A stretch of 61,578 nt of DNA, filler included, from Globobulimina sp. (GCA_003354225.1; 21 parts of 21 records of this genome joined end to end with filler, not necessarily neighbours in it), one strand, 5' to 3'; shown: positions 35,313 to 46,903, numbered from the whole stretch's first letter. Numbers and translations: made by a program. The notes: generated by a model not told the origin, from the sequence alone.

Positions 35313-37421
35313 ATGATCATTTGTATGATTCTTCCTCTTATAGGAGTTACCACTGTATTTTCGTTTGTACATCAACATTTATTTTCGAAATTCATAAACA
35401 ATCACAGTGAAGAGTACATTTATAACCAATGTGCGGAAGATCCAAGAGTAGATCAAAAAATATTAAAGATTAACCAGAATGACAACATCTTCATGTTGTG
35501 CTCTGCAGGTTGTAATGCATTGGATTATTTATTATCATCACCAAACAGTATTACTGTAGTTGATTTATCAAGTGCTCAATTATCATTATTTGAATTAAAA
35601 ATTGGTTTGTTACAATGTAAGCAATTAAACTATGATGATTGGTTTGATATTTTTGGAAATTCCAATGAAACAGTTATTTGCAAATATTGGTGTCAACATA
35701 ATGTCAGATTAAATGTATCAAAACGCTGTAGAATATTTTGGGAAGGGAAAGATTTCGATACAACCCAGATCCAAAACACAAAACTTTACAAAACATTTAA
35801 AAATGGATTTTATTTTTCAGGATATGTTGGAATAGCAGTAAGAGTTGTCATGTTTTTCTGTCCATTATTGTTTGGTTTTAATCGCTGGAATGAATGGAAA
35901 CAAAGGCATTTTTCTACAGAATATTATCGAAAATGTATTAAACCAAATGTGTCGAGACTATCATCATTTACATCTGTTGGAATCCAATATTTTGCAGCGC
36001 TCGGTGGTGTGCCTCCACAACAGTTAAAAATGAATAAATATGATACAAGAAAATATTGGAGTGATTTGATTTCACATGTTTTTTACACATGTGGTGAGAA
36101 TAATTATTATTGGAAAGTTTGGGCAAATGATGGTAAGATGGATATGAATTATTTTTGTCCAAGGATTTACAAAAGAAAGTACTTTGATTTATTAAAAAAG
36201 GAAGCGAATATTAAAAATAAAATAATTATAAAACAAGGATATATTAATGATGTGTTGGCACAACATAAAAATAATACGTTTACAAAATGTATTTTATTGG
36301 ATCATTTGGATTGGTTGAACAACGAAGATATTCAAAATGAATTTCATTTGTTACAAAATAAATGTGTTGACCAAGGACAAATATTTTGGAGATCAGCTGG
36401 TTCTTATGAAACAATATTGAAATTATTTCCATTTTTTACAACCATAAAATCAAATCTAGAAAATTTATCACCACAATATTATAATATGGATAGAATTGGA
36501 ACGTATTCAGGAACATTTTTGTATACTATCGATAAACATAAATATTTTATACCTTCAATTAATATGGATTTATGTGAAAAATATAAATTAGGTTTATTAG
36601 ATTGGATTAAGTGCGGAATTGACATTATGACATTTCCAATAAAATTAAAATATTTTACCTTAATTCATGGCAAAAACAATAAAGTACAACAAAAATTAAC
36701 AATGGATAAATTTTACAAATCACAAAAAAAATATTATGATGGATTTAGAGAAGATATGTTACACTGTAGATCAAGTATGATGTCATTAATGGGCCCATTT
36801 ACACAAAATATGACCTGGTTATGTATAGGTGGAGGTACATTACGAAACATAGAATATATTGATACCAAATATGTAAATATACATTTTAAAAAAATTATTA
36901 TCGTCGACATTTGTGAACCATTATTGAATGCAGCAAAGGAAAGAATAAAACATATTAACGTAAATGAGGATAAATTTGAATTTGCTTTAGGTGATATTAA
37001 TGATGCGCACATAATTAATAAAATTAATTTAATCAATGATAACAAAGGATTTGATGTTATATCCATTTCGTACGCACTTACAATGATTCCAGATTGGAAA
37101 AAGACATTGTCATTTGCAAAAGATAACTTATCAGCGAAAGGTGGCAAATTAATTGTTTCAGATTTTGATACATATTCAAATTATTACAAATCAAACGGAG
37201 TTTGGGTACGTATTTGTGATTTTTTGTTGAAATTATATTTTAAACAAGATCACGTTTATATTCATCAAGACAAATCATTATTTTTGCAATCGTTATTTCC
37301 AAACACAATGCAAAATAAATTTGGCTCTCTCGGAAAAGCTGCTGCTGGACTTGACTTTCTACAGTTTCCACATTATGCATTTGTTGGATATTCTATGAAT
37401 GATCAAGAATGTTATGTGTGA
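35313..37421 (+). CDS. BTA1: Bifunctional betaine lipid (DGTS) synthase, BtaA (DUF3419) - BtaB methyltransferase fusion
   Basis: BtaA motifs YIYNQCAEDP, SAGCNALDY, LLDHLDW, FWRSA, DRIGTY. BtaB motifs FYKSQ..YYD.FRE..LH, IGGGT, SYALTMIPDW. Confidence 0.9.
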   Translation: MIICMILPLIGVTTVFSFVHQHLFSKFINNHSEEYIYNQCAEDPRVDQKILKINQNDNIFMLCSAGCNALDYLLSSPNSITVVDLSSAQLSLFELKIGLLQCKQLNYDDWFDIFGNSNETVICKYWCQHNVRLNVSKRCRIFWEGKDFDTTQIQNTKLYKTFKNGFYFSGYVGIAVRVVMFFCPLLFGFNRWNEWKQRHFSTEYYRKCIKPNVSRLSSFTSVGIQYFAALGGVPPQQLKMNKYDTRKYWSDLISHVFYTCGENNYYWKVWANDGKMDMNYFCPRIYKRKYFDLLKKEANIKNKIIIKQGYINDVLAQHKNNTFTKCILLDHLDWLNNEDIQNEFHLLQNKCVDQGQIFWRSAGSYETILKLFPFFTTIKSNLENLSPQYYNMDRIGTYSGTFLYTIDKHKYFIPSINMDLCEKYKLGLLDWIKCGIDIMTFPIKLKYFTLIHGKNNKVQQKLTMDKFYKSQKKYYDGFREDMLHCRSSMMSLMGPFTQNMTWLCIGGGTLRNIEYIDTKYVNIHFKKIIIVDICEPLLNAAKERIKHINVNEDKFEFALGDINDAHIINKINLINDNKGFDVISISYALTMIPDWKKTLSFAKDNLSAKGGKLIVSDFDTYSNYYKSNGVWVRICDFLLKLYFKQDHVYIHQDKSLFLQSLFPNTMQNKFGSLGKAAAGLDFLQFPHYAFVGYSMNDQECYV

Positions 37422-37703
37422 ATATTTATTTAAACTTATTGTTTAGTATTGGTAAACTCAACGATGCGATTCTCTGTATAAGCTCCCACCTACTTATTTC
37501 TGACACAAAACAGATTGCAAATCTATACGCAATCCATTACAAACTGTCATATTATGATCACTGAGAATCATTGTCCTTTGTCAGAAAATTTTGTGTACAT
37601 TTCATTGACGGTTTGCATTGCGTTTGCAGTGAATGGAAATTATTCTGAACATAAAAACAGATGCGCATTTTTATGTTGGGCTGTGATCGAATGACATTTT
37701 ATG

Positions 37704-38095
37704 TCAATTTTGAGGTGTTACAACATCGTACCAAACCAAACGGGATAGCAAATTGAGCATACTAAACGGGACAGCAAATAATGTGACCAAAATAAAGCCA
37801 ATCGAAATGACAAAGTCATTGGTCCACGGGTCAACATTTTGCAGGTCATTGCCACAGGGGAATGTACCAAAGTTTGGATAATAGGCAAAGCCATACGAAC
37901 AACCAAAGATATCCGCAATGGCAATATCAAATATTTGTGCGGCTTGGATGACATTGCCAATCAATACAGTATTGTCATGGTTGCGATTTGATAAAAGAAG
38001 AAAACGAGCCAATGATACCTCTGCGATACTGCCATATTCGTGTCTGTGAGTCAACTCATGATTGTCTGGCATTAATCGCATTGCTTCAATGATCA
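37704..38095 (-). CDS. Amino-acid transporter-like fragment
   Basis: IIEAMRLMP.N...EY, IQAAQIFD, ISIGFIL..VPFSMLNL resemble AAAP/Aa_trans proteins. Internal fragment with an abrupt end. Confidence 0.55.
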
Positions 38096-38460
38096 NNNNN
38101 NNNNNNNNNNNNNNNNNNNNNNNNNNNNNNNNNNNNNNNTTAATTAATTAANNNNNNNNNNNNNNNNNNNNNNNNNNNNNNNNNNNNNNNNNNNNCAATC
38201 AAGCAACGAGTTGTGCAAATGTTGTGGATATGAGTTTGGGTGATTGTAATACAATGATTATAGTTTCTCAGCCTATTTTTATGTAATATTTTATTATAGA
38301 TTTGATTGTTTTGTGTTCCATAAATTATACATATTTCAATGTTGTTTTTTGGTCATTTTAGTGATATGCGATATGCAAAAACGTTTCTGACGATGAAAAA
38401 TTAATTAATGATTTTTTTTTGAATAAATAATATAAAGTTTATAAAATTAAAAAAAAAGTA

Positions 38461-40335
38461 TTAAAGTTCTTCAAATATAGATTTACCAATAAATTCCATT
38501 AAAAGCGAATCATTTGGGACTGAATTATCAGGCATCGAAAAGAACATTTGCAAGAATGAAAGCAAATTTTGTGCATCTTTATATTGTCTACTATTCAATT
38601 CCACCGTTTGTAATAATGGATATGAATATACTTTCAATACACATAACTCATACAACAACGCAGAGTTAAACACTGCATCCGCATATTTCACATAAGGAAA
38701 TATATTTATATCTTCACCTTCTTTCAACTGCCCCCATTTAAATACAACCTCATCACAATCCTTCCCTCTATGAAAATGATCGCGCGATATCCTCCGTATT
38801 AACCTCATAACCTGTTCCGATATGAAATGAAAGTTATCCAACGAATAAAATGGCGATATGGGACATATAAATATTTTAAATGTAATATCATTGATATTAT
38901 TCACACAACTCAACAATTTCGGATTTAAACAAAATATGCCTTCCATGATTAGCACTCCTGCAGTTTCATCCAACTTTATTTGTTCCTTCTTGTAGCCCTC
39001 TCTCGCTCCAGTCTTAAATGAGAAAATGGGCATTTTCACCGACTTCCCAGCTAATAAATCATTAATGGTTGCATTCAATTCTTTAATTTTCAATGCTTCA
39101 ATCACCTCAAAATTAAGGTTGCCTTCGCCATCTCTGGGGTGCTTTGGATCCTTTCTGTCCCGATAAAACATATCAACTTCCAACACAGATGGGACATATC
39201 CAAGTAACCTTAATTGTATTCCTAATTTTGACGCAAAAGTAGTCTTCCCGGAGGAGGACGGACCGGATATTAATATTATTTTAATTTTTTGCTGCTCCTT
39301 TTCTTTTGCTTTGATTTTATTGGAGATTTTAACAATTTGTCGGTTATGATAGGCTTCGGAGATTAATATTAATTCTTTGAACCTTCCCTGGCGAATTATA
39401 CCGTTAATATCAGAGACAGATTTAATGCCTAAATGTTTGCTCATATCCAATCCGATTTTGTATAATTCTCGGATCGCATTTGGCTGATTCCGAGAACCAC
39501 TTTCTGCGATAAACTCAGATTTCGCATCGTCATCCATCAGGTCTTCGTTGTGCGGAAATTTCATCACAAAATGTTGCTGGTTATCATCCGATGCATGTAG
39601 TTTGAAGCGAGATGCATATTTTGTGTTGTTTAATGTCGATCGGTATTGTAATATATAATAGGAACTGTTATTTATATCGCAACCAACCATTCTGAAACAT
39701 GGTCGATTTAAGGATTCCACTAATTTTGCGGAAAGTAATTGATTTGTGCCTTGCAACATAGCTAAACAGGTGTCGTAATCAATGAATTTGCTTTGCAATT
39801 CGAGCTGCATATTGCTTAAGTTTAACATTTCGTTTTCAATGGAATTTATGGTGTCGTTATCAAATATAAATCCAGATTGAAAACGACAAAAATATGATCT
39901 TCGAGAGGTACCAAATTTAAAGGTGTTGCAAATAATAAGTTGTTGTTTGGGAAATATGCGATTGACTGCAAGTGCTAATAAAAAGATTATAGTCTCTCTG
40001 TAACTGGATTCTCCTAAAAACGTTGCACTGAAATCAGATTGTGGTATTGATGCGGCTCGATATGCGAAGTTTGATGGTATAGATAATGAGTGTACATGTT
40101 GTGGTGATGCATATGATTCCATATTTTTTTGATATTTGTCCTGTACACTATAATATTTCATTTGTACAGGTACTTTTTTTGGGAATACATCCATTGCTTT
40201 ATTGTCCATATTTGAGTGTAAATTATGTTTTATATATGTTTGGTACACAATATATGCCGCACCAGTTGATACTATTGCTAATATTGCATACTTTACCGCC
40301 TCGGATCGTATTGTTTGTGATGAATCTTGCGACAT
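38461..40335 (-). CDS. Uridine/nucleoside kinase with ThrRS-like N-terminal region (bacterial long-form type) plus N-terminal TM anchor
   Basis: P-loop ISGPSSSGKTTFA, IMEGIF.LNP, RLIRRISRD..RG, GEDINIFPY, FNSALLYEL, SLLMEFIG.S.F. Start MSQDSS at 40335 is inferred. Confidence 0.85.
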   Translation of the reverse strand: MSQDSSQTIRSEAVKYAILAIVSTGAAYIVYQTYIKHNLHSNMDNKAMDVFPKKVPVQMKYYSVQDKYQKNMESYASPQHVHSLSIPSNFAYRAASIPQSDFSATFLGESSYRETIIFLLALAVNRIFPKQQLIICNTFKFGTSRRSYFCRFQSGFIFDNDTINSIENEMLNLSNMQLELQSKFIDYDTCLAMLQGTNQLLSAKLVESLNRPCFRMVGCDINNSSYYILQYRSTLNNTKYASRFKLHASDDNQQHFVMKFPHNEDLMDDDAKSEFIAESGSRNQPNAIRELYKIGLDMSKHLGIKSVSDINGIIRQGRFKELILISEAYHNRQIVKISNKIKAKEKEQQKIKIILISGPSSSGKTTFASKLGIQLRLLGYVPSVLEVDMFYRDRKDPKHPRDGEGNLNFEVIEALKIKELNATINDLLAGKSVKMPIFSFKTGAREGYKKEQIKLDETAGVLIMEGIFCLNPKLLSCVNNINDITFKIFICPISPFYSLDNFHFISEQVMRLIRRISRDHFHRGKDCDEVVFKWGQLKEGEDINIFPYVKYADAVFNSALLYELCVLKVYSYPLLQTVELNSRQYKDAQNLLSFLQMFFSMPDNSVPNDSLLMEFIGKSIFEEL

Positions 40336-40387
40336 GACAAAGTGCAAGAAATGTTTTGTCACAAATGTATTTTGGTGTTGACTCAAA

Positions 40388-41031
40388 ATGTGGATCATTT
40401 TAATACTCAATCTTATATGCGTATGCAATATAGAAGGATCAGTGTTGTATAAAACTGTATCTGGTGTGGAAATATTGGGAAACGCGATCCCAGACACTAC
40501 AGCAATCAATTTTGAATCAGTTCGTTACACCCAACCAATCGGACCGCACAATAGATTTGAACGTGCAAAGCCAATTCCATTCTCGCAAATTACTGATGAT
40601 GCAACTACACCACAAAACATCTGTCCTCAATTCCCGTTTGCTTATAGTTTTAATTTTACACAAAACGAGGACTGTTTATATCTTAGTCTGACAATACCAC
40701 ACAGACAGCATAACAACCATCGATTATATCCAGTTATTGTATTTATGCATGGCGGAGGTCATATGGCTGGATCCTCGCTTGACTCATATATCTCAGCAAT
40801 ACCTTTTACAAAAGAAAACATTATATTTGTATCAATTAACTATCGTTTAGGATATCTTGGTACAATGCTCCATTCACAAGCATCCATTATAAACCTGGCT
40901 CAATATGACCAGATGGAGGCACTGCGATGTTTTCCGCATTGGATAAAAGCAAATATTCACCAATTCCATGGTGATGCATCCAAAGTAACTGCAATGGGTC
41001 AGAGTGCCGGCGCCAATTCAATTATGATGCT
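40388..41031 (+). CDS. Type-B carboxylesterase, secreted, 3' truncated
   Basis: Signal peptide; EDCLYL, HGGG, NYRLG, GQSAG. Confidence 0.93.
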
Positions 41032-41131
41032 NNNNNNNNNNNNNNNNNNNNNNNNNNNNNNNNNNNNNNNNNNNNTTAATTAATTAANNNNNNNNNNNNN
41101 NNNNNNNNNNNNNNNNNNNNNNNNNNNNNNN

Positions 41132-41296
41132 AGGTTTGTAATCTAATTCTTTCCATTCATCGATAATATCGTCAGCGACATAACCTTCAAATGTATAATA
41201 TAATGGAGACGCTTGAGCAGAACTTAAAAGTGAAATTGTAATTAATGCACATAAAATGAAAACATTTGATAAAGTCTTAATAGTATACTTGTCCAT
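41132..41296 (-). CDS. Bacterial secreted protein N-terminus (PEP-CTERM-like), truncated
   Basis: AAGGA ribosome-binding site upstream, signal peptide ending AQA, then SPLYYTFEG.V. Confidence 0.55.
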
Positions 41297-41332
41297 TAAA
41301 TATCCTTTCGAAAATAAAATGATTACTTATAA

Positions 41333-42862
41333 CTCAACTTTCGGGTTTAAATTTTAGAAGCAATACTTATGGCATATATTATTGAAATAATGAATAAATA
41401 AGTTGATGAGCCCGGCCTTTTGTCTTATAGTGGATTTTCGACAATTCACAATAAAAACAAAAGGAAAGGCTCAAATGGACCATAACAGGATCGCCCCTGA
41501 ATCTCAAGCCGACATTCATGTTCAAAGCAAAATTGATGATTTTTTTGATCGCTTCAAAATTGGAACTCTACTTCACCGAAGTGGTGTTCGTAAACGACAT
41601 GGCCACGGTGTACGCTCTTTGATAAAAACAATTTTCACATTGCCATTTATTGGAAAGAGTTTCTTCAGAGGTATTACAACAAATGAAGATCTTTCCTTTG
41701 GTAAAGACGCAGCCTATGAGGTCCTGAGAGGATCAACCTATAATTGGCGACGACTGCTTCTTTCGTTAGGTCATCGTCTGTATTCATTTTTTAATCCTCT
41801 GACCACTGAAGATCGGGAATCCGTTCTCATTATTGATGATAGCACTTATGACCGGTCAAGATCCAAAATGGTGGAACTACTGTCCCGGGTATGGGACCAC
41901 AGCACAAAGCGCTATTTAAAGGGCTTTCGTATGCTCACCATATGTTGGAGCGATGGTGCCAGTTGTTTGCCACTGGATTTTTCTCTGCTGTCTTCCAGTG
42001 ATGCAAAAAAGCGTATCTGCGAGAGCAAAAAATCTTTAGATAAACGCTGTTGCGCATATCAGCGACGGAAAGAGGCAACTGTTAAATCCACGTTACAACT
42101 TGAAGCAATGGTCAAACGAATACTTTCCTCAGGCATTCAGGCACGCTATCTTCTTATGGACAGCTGGTTTATGATGCCAGCCACGGTAACCAAACTATCC
42201 AGACAGATTGATGTTATTGGCATGGTGAAAAAGACTCCCAAAATTTATTACACTTTCGGCGGCAAACAGATGGATCTAAAGTCAATCTATCGAAAATTAA
42301 AAAAACGTCGTGGCAGAGCAAAAATATTAACCAGCACCAATGTAACACTTAAAGATGGTCTTGAGGTAAAATTGGTTTTTGTCCGGGATAAACGAAAAAA
42401 AGACTGGTTGGCTCTGCTATCCACCGATACAGCATTATCCGATGAGGATATCGTTCGTATTTACGGAAAACGCTGGGATATCGAAGTATTTTTCAAAATG
42501 GCAAAACAGCATCTGAAGTTGGTAAAAGAGATTCAATGCCGAGACTATGATTCATTGATTGCTCACACAACCATTGTATTTATGCGTTACATGTTCCTGG
42601 TCTATCAGTGCCGAATACAGACCGATCATCGAACTTTTGGTCAACTTTTTTATGCCTGTTGTGATGAAGTCGAAGATATCTCATTCATGGAGGCTCTATA
42701 TCGGACATTAACCTTGGCTGTTAGCCGGTTACGAGAAATTGGAAACTATTGTGAAAAAACAGCGGCAGCCTTTTTCGATGCAGTGATAGAGTCTGCTTGG
42801 ATGAATGTCGGTTTGTCAAAGAACAAATTGAATATTTTAAATTCTTAATCCAGAAAGTTGAG
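41333..42862 (+). mobile_element. Complete 1530-bp insertion sequence, IS4/IS701-like DDE type
   Basis: Left end CTCAACTTTCGGGTTTAA (41333-41350) and right end TTAATCCAGAAAGTTGAG (42845-42862) are inverted repeats matching 16/18. Single transposase inside. Confidence 0.92.
41475..42848 (+). CDS. DDE transposase
   Basis: IIDDS, LMDSWF, YGKRWDIEVFFKMAKQ (Y-x2-R-x3-E-x6-K). AAGGAAAGG upstream of ATG 41475; the stop lies within the right inverted repeat. Confidence 0.95.
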   Translation: MDHNRIAPESQADIHVQSKIDDFFDRFKIGTLLHRSGVRKRHGHGVRSLIKTIFTLPFIGKSFFRGITTNEDLSFGKDAAYEVLRGSTYNWRRLLLSLGHRLYSFFNPLTTEDRESVLIIDDSTYDRSRSKMVELLSRVWDHSTKRYLKGFRMLTICWSDGASCLPLDFSLLSSSDAKKRICESKKSLDKRCCAYQRRKEATVKSTLQLEAMVKRILSSGIQARYLLMDSWFMMPATVTKLSRQIDVIGMVKKTPKIYYTFGGKQMDLKSIYRKLKKRRGRAKILTSTNVTLKDGLEVKLVFVRDKRKKDWLALLSTDTALSDEDIVRIYGKRWDIEVFFKMAKQHLKLVKEIQCRDYDSLIAHTTIVFMRYMFLVYQCRIQTDHRTFGQLFYACCDEVEDISFMEALYRTLTLAVSRLREIGNYCEKTAAAFFDAVIESAWMNVGLSKNKLNILNS

Positions 42863-43967
42863 CAGGTAATCCATCAGATGACAGGATACACAGCAAATGA
42901 GTTAAAAAGCGGTGAAATACACTCAATCGAACCTTATATCCTGCCTGAAGATCGGAAGGATGTAATATCAACGTTAAAACATGCAATTAAAGAGAATATC
43001 CCTTTTGATATTGAATATCGCTTCCGGTGCAAAGACGGCAACATAAAGTATTTTCATGAATACGGAAGGCCTGTTTATGATGAAGACGGGAATCCACAGC
43101 ACATTGACGGTGTAATCCTGGATAATACAAAGAGGAAACAGGCGGAAAAGAAATTGCGTGAAAACGAGGCCATGTTGCAAAGTATATTCCGATCCGCACC
43201 TTCAGGTATTGGTCTTGTATCAAATCGAATCCTGAATTGGTCAAATGATAAAATATTCAAATTGACAGGCTATTCCGGTGAAGAACTCATGGGCAAGAGT
43301 GCCAGAAAGCTGTATCCAGGCCAAATAGAATATGAGCGGGTGGGTAAGGACATATACGATCAGATAAGCAAATACGGAACCGGCAATGTGGAAACCCAAT
43401 GGAAATGCAAGGACGGTAAAATAATTGATGTATTTTTGAGCTCTACGCCAATTGACCCGGATGATTTATTGGCCGGAGTCGTATTTACGGCATTGGATAT
43501 TTCCAAACTCAAACGCGCTGAAGAAGAAAAAATCGAACTTGAAAAACAGCTTCGTCAGGCCCACAAGATGGAATCAATCGGCACCCTTGCCGGCGGTATT
43601 GCCCATGATTTTAATAATATCCTCGGAATTATTCTTGGCAATACAGAACTCGCGTCGCTTGATGTCCCGGAATGGAATCCGGCATATCTCAGTCTTGAAG
43701 AAATTAAAACAGCCAGTCTCAGGGCAAAAGACGTTGTAAAGCAGCTGCTTAGTTTCACCCGCAAATCAGATCTTGAACGAAAACCGATAAAATTAATTCC
43801 GATTGTCAAAGAGTCTCTTAAATTACTAAGGTCCTCCATTCCCACGAACATAGAAATCACCCATAACATTAAAGATGCACCGGATACGGTTCTTGCTGAT
43901 CCCGCCCAGATTCACCAGATAATGATAAACCTGTGCACAAATTCCGCCCACTCCATGCAGGAAACCG
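42863..43967 (+). pseudogene. PAS-PAS sensor histidine kinase, 5' cut by the IS and 3' cut by the contig end
   Basis: Begins mid-PAS immediately after the right inverted repeat. H-box MESIGTLAGGIAHDFNNIL; N-box QIMINLCTNS. Confidence 0.88.
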
Positions 43968-44410
43968 NNNNNNNNNNNNNNNNNNNNNNNNNNNNNNNNN
44001 NNNNNNNNNNNTTAATTAATTAANNNNNNNNNNNNNNNNNNNNNNNNNNNNNNNNNNNNNNNNNNNNCGATCTGTGGAGGAAATATGGGGGTTTTATGTT
44101 GGAAATAATTCGAATTCGGATGAACCATTTGATATAACTTTGTTTGATGATGACGAATTGCAAAATAATCATAATAAGAAGCGTAGGTTAATAATGGCGG
44201 AAGATGATAATTCGAACAACAATAATCATAACACAAATAATTCGTCTTCACCTCGTAAAAAACAACGTGTTCGTTAATTTGTAACATTATTGATATGCAT
44301 CATCACGTAAATAGACATTTTTGTTTTTTCCACCAATATGCTGTAACTTCGCTAGTTCGCTAACTCCGCTTATCCAAATTATTTAATTAAATTAACCAAA
44401 AAACAATTCA

Positions 44411-45825
44411 ATGCCAAAAAGATCAAAGCAGAGAAACTGCGAAAGCGCTGCAAAAAGGAAATCGCGCAAAATCAACAGTAAAATGAATCAAAATACACTG
44501 ACTCCACAAAGAAACCAACCAAGCTCAAAAGTATCATCATTACGAAGATCAACAAGAAACAAAAATAAATATAGAACTCACACAACACAAAGTTATCCCG
44601 ACCATGACCTACCATCATCTCTCACCATTCCAACCAAAAAAAAGTGTTCAAATCACTCTTTTGATGGCATCACAATCAATGCACCAGAATTGGAGGGCAA
44701 ATACAAATTGATTGGCAAAATAGATCATGGTAAGTCAAAAAATCTACATTCAACATTCTGAGCAATACAAAAAAAAGAAAAAACCAAAAAAAAGGTGGAT
44801 ATGCCACTGTGTACAAAGCAGTGGACCTTTCGTCGAATGGTAATAATAATAACATTGTGGCGGTAAAACGTGTACAAAGCGCAAATATTGAAACTTTGCA
44901 CCAAAACCACCCATGTATCGAAGCGAAAATATTGGAAGAATTTTCATCAAATATTCATTTTGCAACTTTGCGAGAGATTTTATGTGATTGCTCATCAGGA
45001 TCATACTCGATAATTATGGACTATTTCGAACATGACCCATTCTCGCAATATAACACAATATTAAATGAAGAGGACAGCATCGGATATATTTATGCGTTGT
45101 TGAGCTGCGTTCATTGCCTCTCTCTCAAAGGATACATCCACAGAGACGTCAAACCAAACAACTTCTTATATTGCCACAAAGATAAAAAATGTCTGTTAAT
45201 TGATTTTGGACTTTGTCAGTCAAAGAAATGCGTCACAAACACCCATAAAAAACAAGGCAAAGCACGAAGGAGTCAGTCCCGTTACCTTCGCGATGGTACG
45301 CCGGGCTTTCGAGCGCCGGAAGTCATCCTCGCGTCAAATAATCAGGACTCGCGAATCGATGTCTTTTCAGTTGGACTGATTCTGGGCAGCATTATGTTGG
45401 GTTGCAACGTCCTATTTAATCCGAGCAACGACTCACAGCAATTGCTGCAATTTATAAATGTTTACGGATTGCACACAGTTTATGAGACTGCAAATGCATT
45501 GGATCGCAAGTTGGAAATCCGAGGCTTGAATCGGGAGCGAATTTATATGAACAATGGAGCGAATTGTCTCAATTCTGGGTCTTATGTAACTGGCTACGAA
45601 CTGCCAGACCAACAAAGAGATAAATTCAAATTATCATATTGGATTAAACAAAGACTAAAACTCAAAGAGAATGTAAATATTACCACAAAGCGTGAATGGA
45701 GTGAGGATTTATACGATTTATTGGATGAACTGACTCAATTTAATCCATTTAAACGAGTAACACCGTATCAAGCATTACAACATAAACTATTTTCTGCTTT
45801 TCAACCTGTAGGGAAATTGAATTAG
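44411..45825 (+). CDS. CDC7: CDC7-like Ser/Thr kinase (exons 44411-44729, 44795-45825)
   Basis: The intron restores IDHGGYATVYKA. HRDVKPNNFL, LIDFGL and CDC7-typical GTPGFRAPEV. Confidence 0.88.
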
Positions 45826-46468
45826 TATTTATTTATTTATATTCATTATTTGTAAGGTAAAAATGTCGTGGCATGCTCGAAGAAAGAAATTGAATAATAT
45901 TAAAATGACATGATTTTATTGTGGAAATTATTTAGTTGCAAAGTCCACTTTAATTTAAATTAATAGTTTAATATTATTATTATTAGCATCGTGGTATTCT
46001 TACTGTTAACTTTGTAATGTTTCCCCGTGCCGTGTTATTGATTGGTGGCTCCGTATTTCCCTCGTTGTTAGCTCTCCGATTTTGTGTAATATTGTGATAA
46101 ATCCATTGCTGTTTTAAGGCTTCAAATTCATGATCATATTCATACTCATATCCATCATCATTACTGTCTGATGTTTCACTCTCTGTTATTAGCTCAAAAC
46201 ATGAACTTCCTGAATAAAATGCATCGTTGGAATAGGGGGTTGTTATTATGTGCTCTTTTTTGTTGAAAGAAAGGTCACCTTGACATTAAACAACGTACAG
46301 CGGGAAAAACCTTTAGTTTGAGTAACTCGTGGTTAGATAACCCGGCCCTTTGTATACATATCGACCGCAAAAAATATAGTAACAGTTTGCATTTGCAAAT
46401 TGACCGTTAAGTGAAAAAAACATAAATTAATAATTAGAAAATAATAAGTTTTTATTGTACAATTACAA

Positions 46469-46903
46469 TTATTGCAATTGTGCGTGTTTCTGGCTTTTTT
46501 GATGTGCATTGTATCCACTCTTTGAAGTAAATCTTTTTTTACACAGCTTACATTCATATGGTTTCTCACCAGCTGTTTAATTAATATTTTATAATATGAC
46601 ATGACAATCACTGATGATTTGAAATATAAAATTAAATGAATATGAAGGTTTGTAGTACAATATATATGTATGTACAATATGAATATATGAAGGTTTGCAA
46701 TACTTTGTACATAATATATACAATATATAATATACATGTACTAGTACATACATATAAAGTATACGTATTAAAACAGTAAAAAATGGAAACTAAACTATGA
46801 ATTCTTCGATGAACCACCAAATTACATCTCGCAGTAAACGATTTTGAACAAAATGCACATTTAAATGGTCTTTCTCCACTATGAACACGTAAATGGTCCA
46901 CCA
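46469..46903 (-). CDS. C2H2 zinc-finger protein, 5' truncated (intron 46795-46573)
   Basis: [10 protein letters not shown]...H...H splices to TGEKPYEC..C...H....H. Confidence 0.9.

Noticed and set aside
390..40335. CTP synthase, GMP synthase and uridine kinase as a nucleotide-metabolism cluster
   Set aside because: They are on separate contigs ordered only by length.
40336..40509. Overlap of uridine kinase and carboxylesterase coding regions
   Set aside because: The extension depends on a non-ATG start; ATG 40335 followed by a TM anchor is more plausible.
42797..42862. ORF-track N-terminus MDECRF... of the histidine kinase
   Set aside because: It is read out of the IS right end, not the native kinase start.
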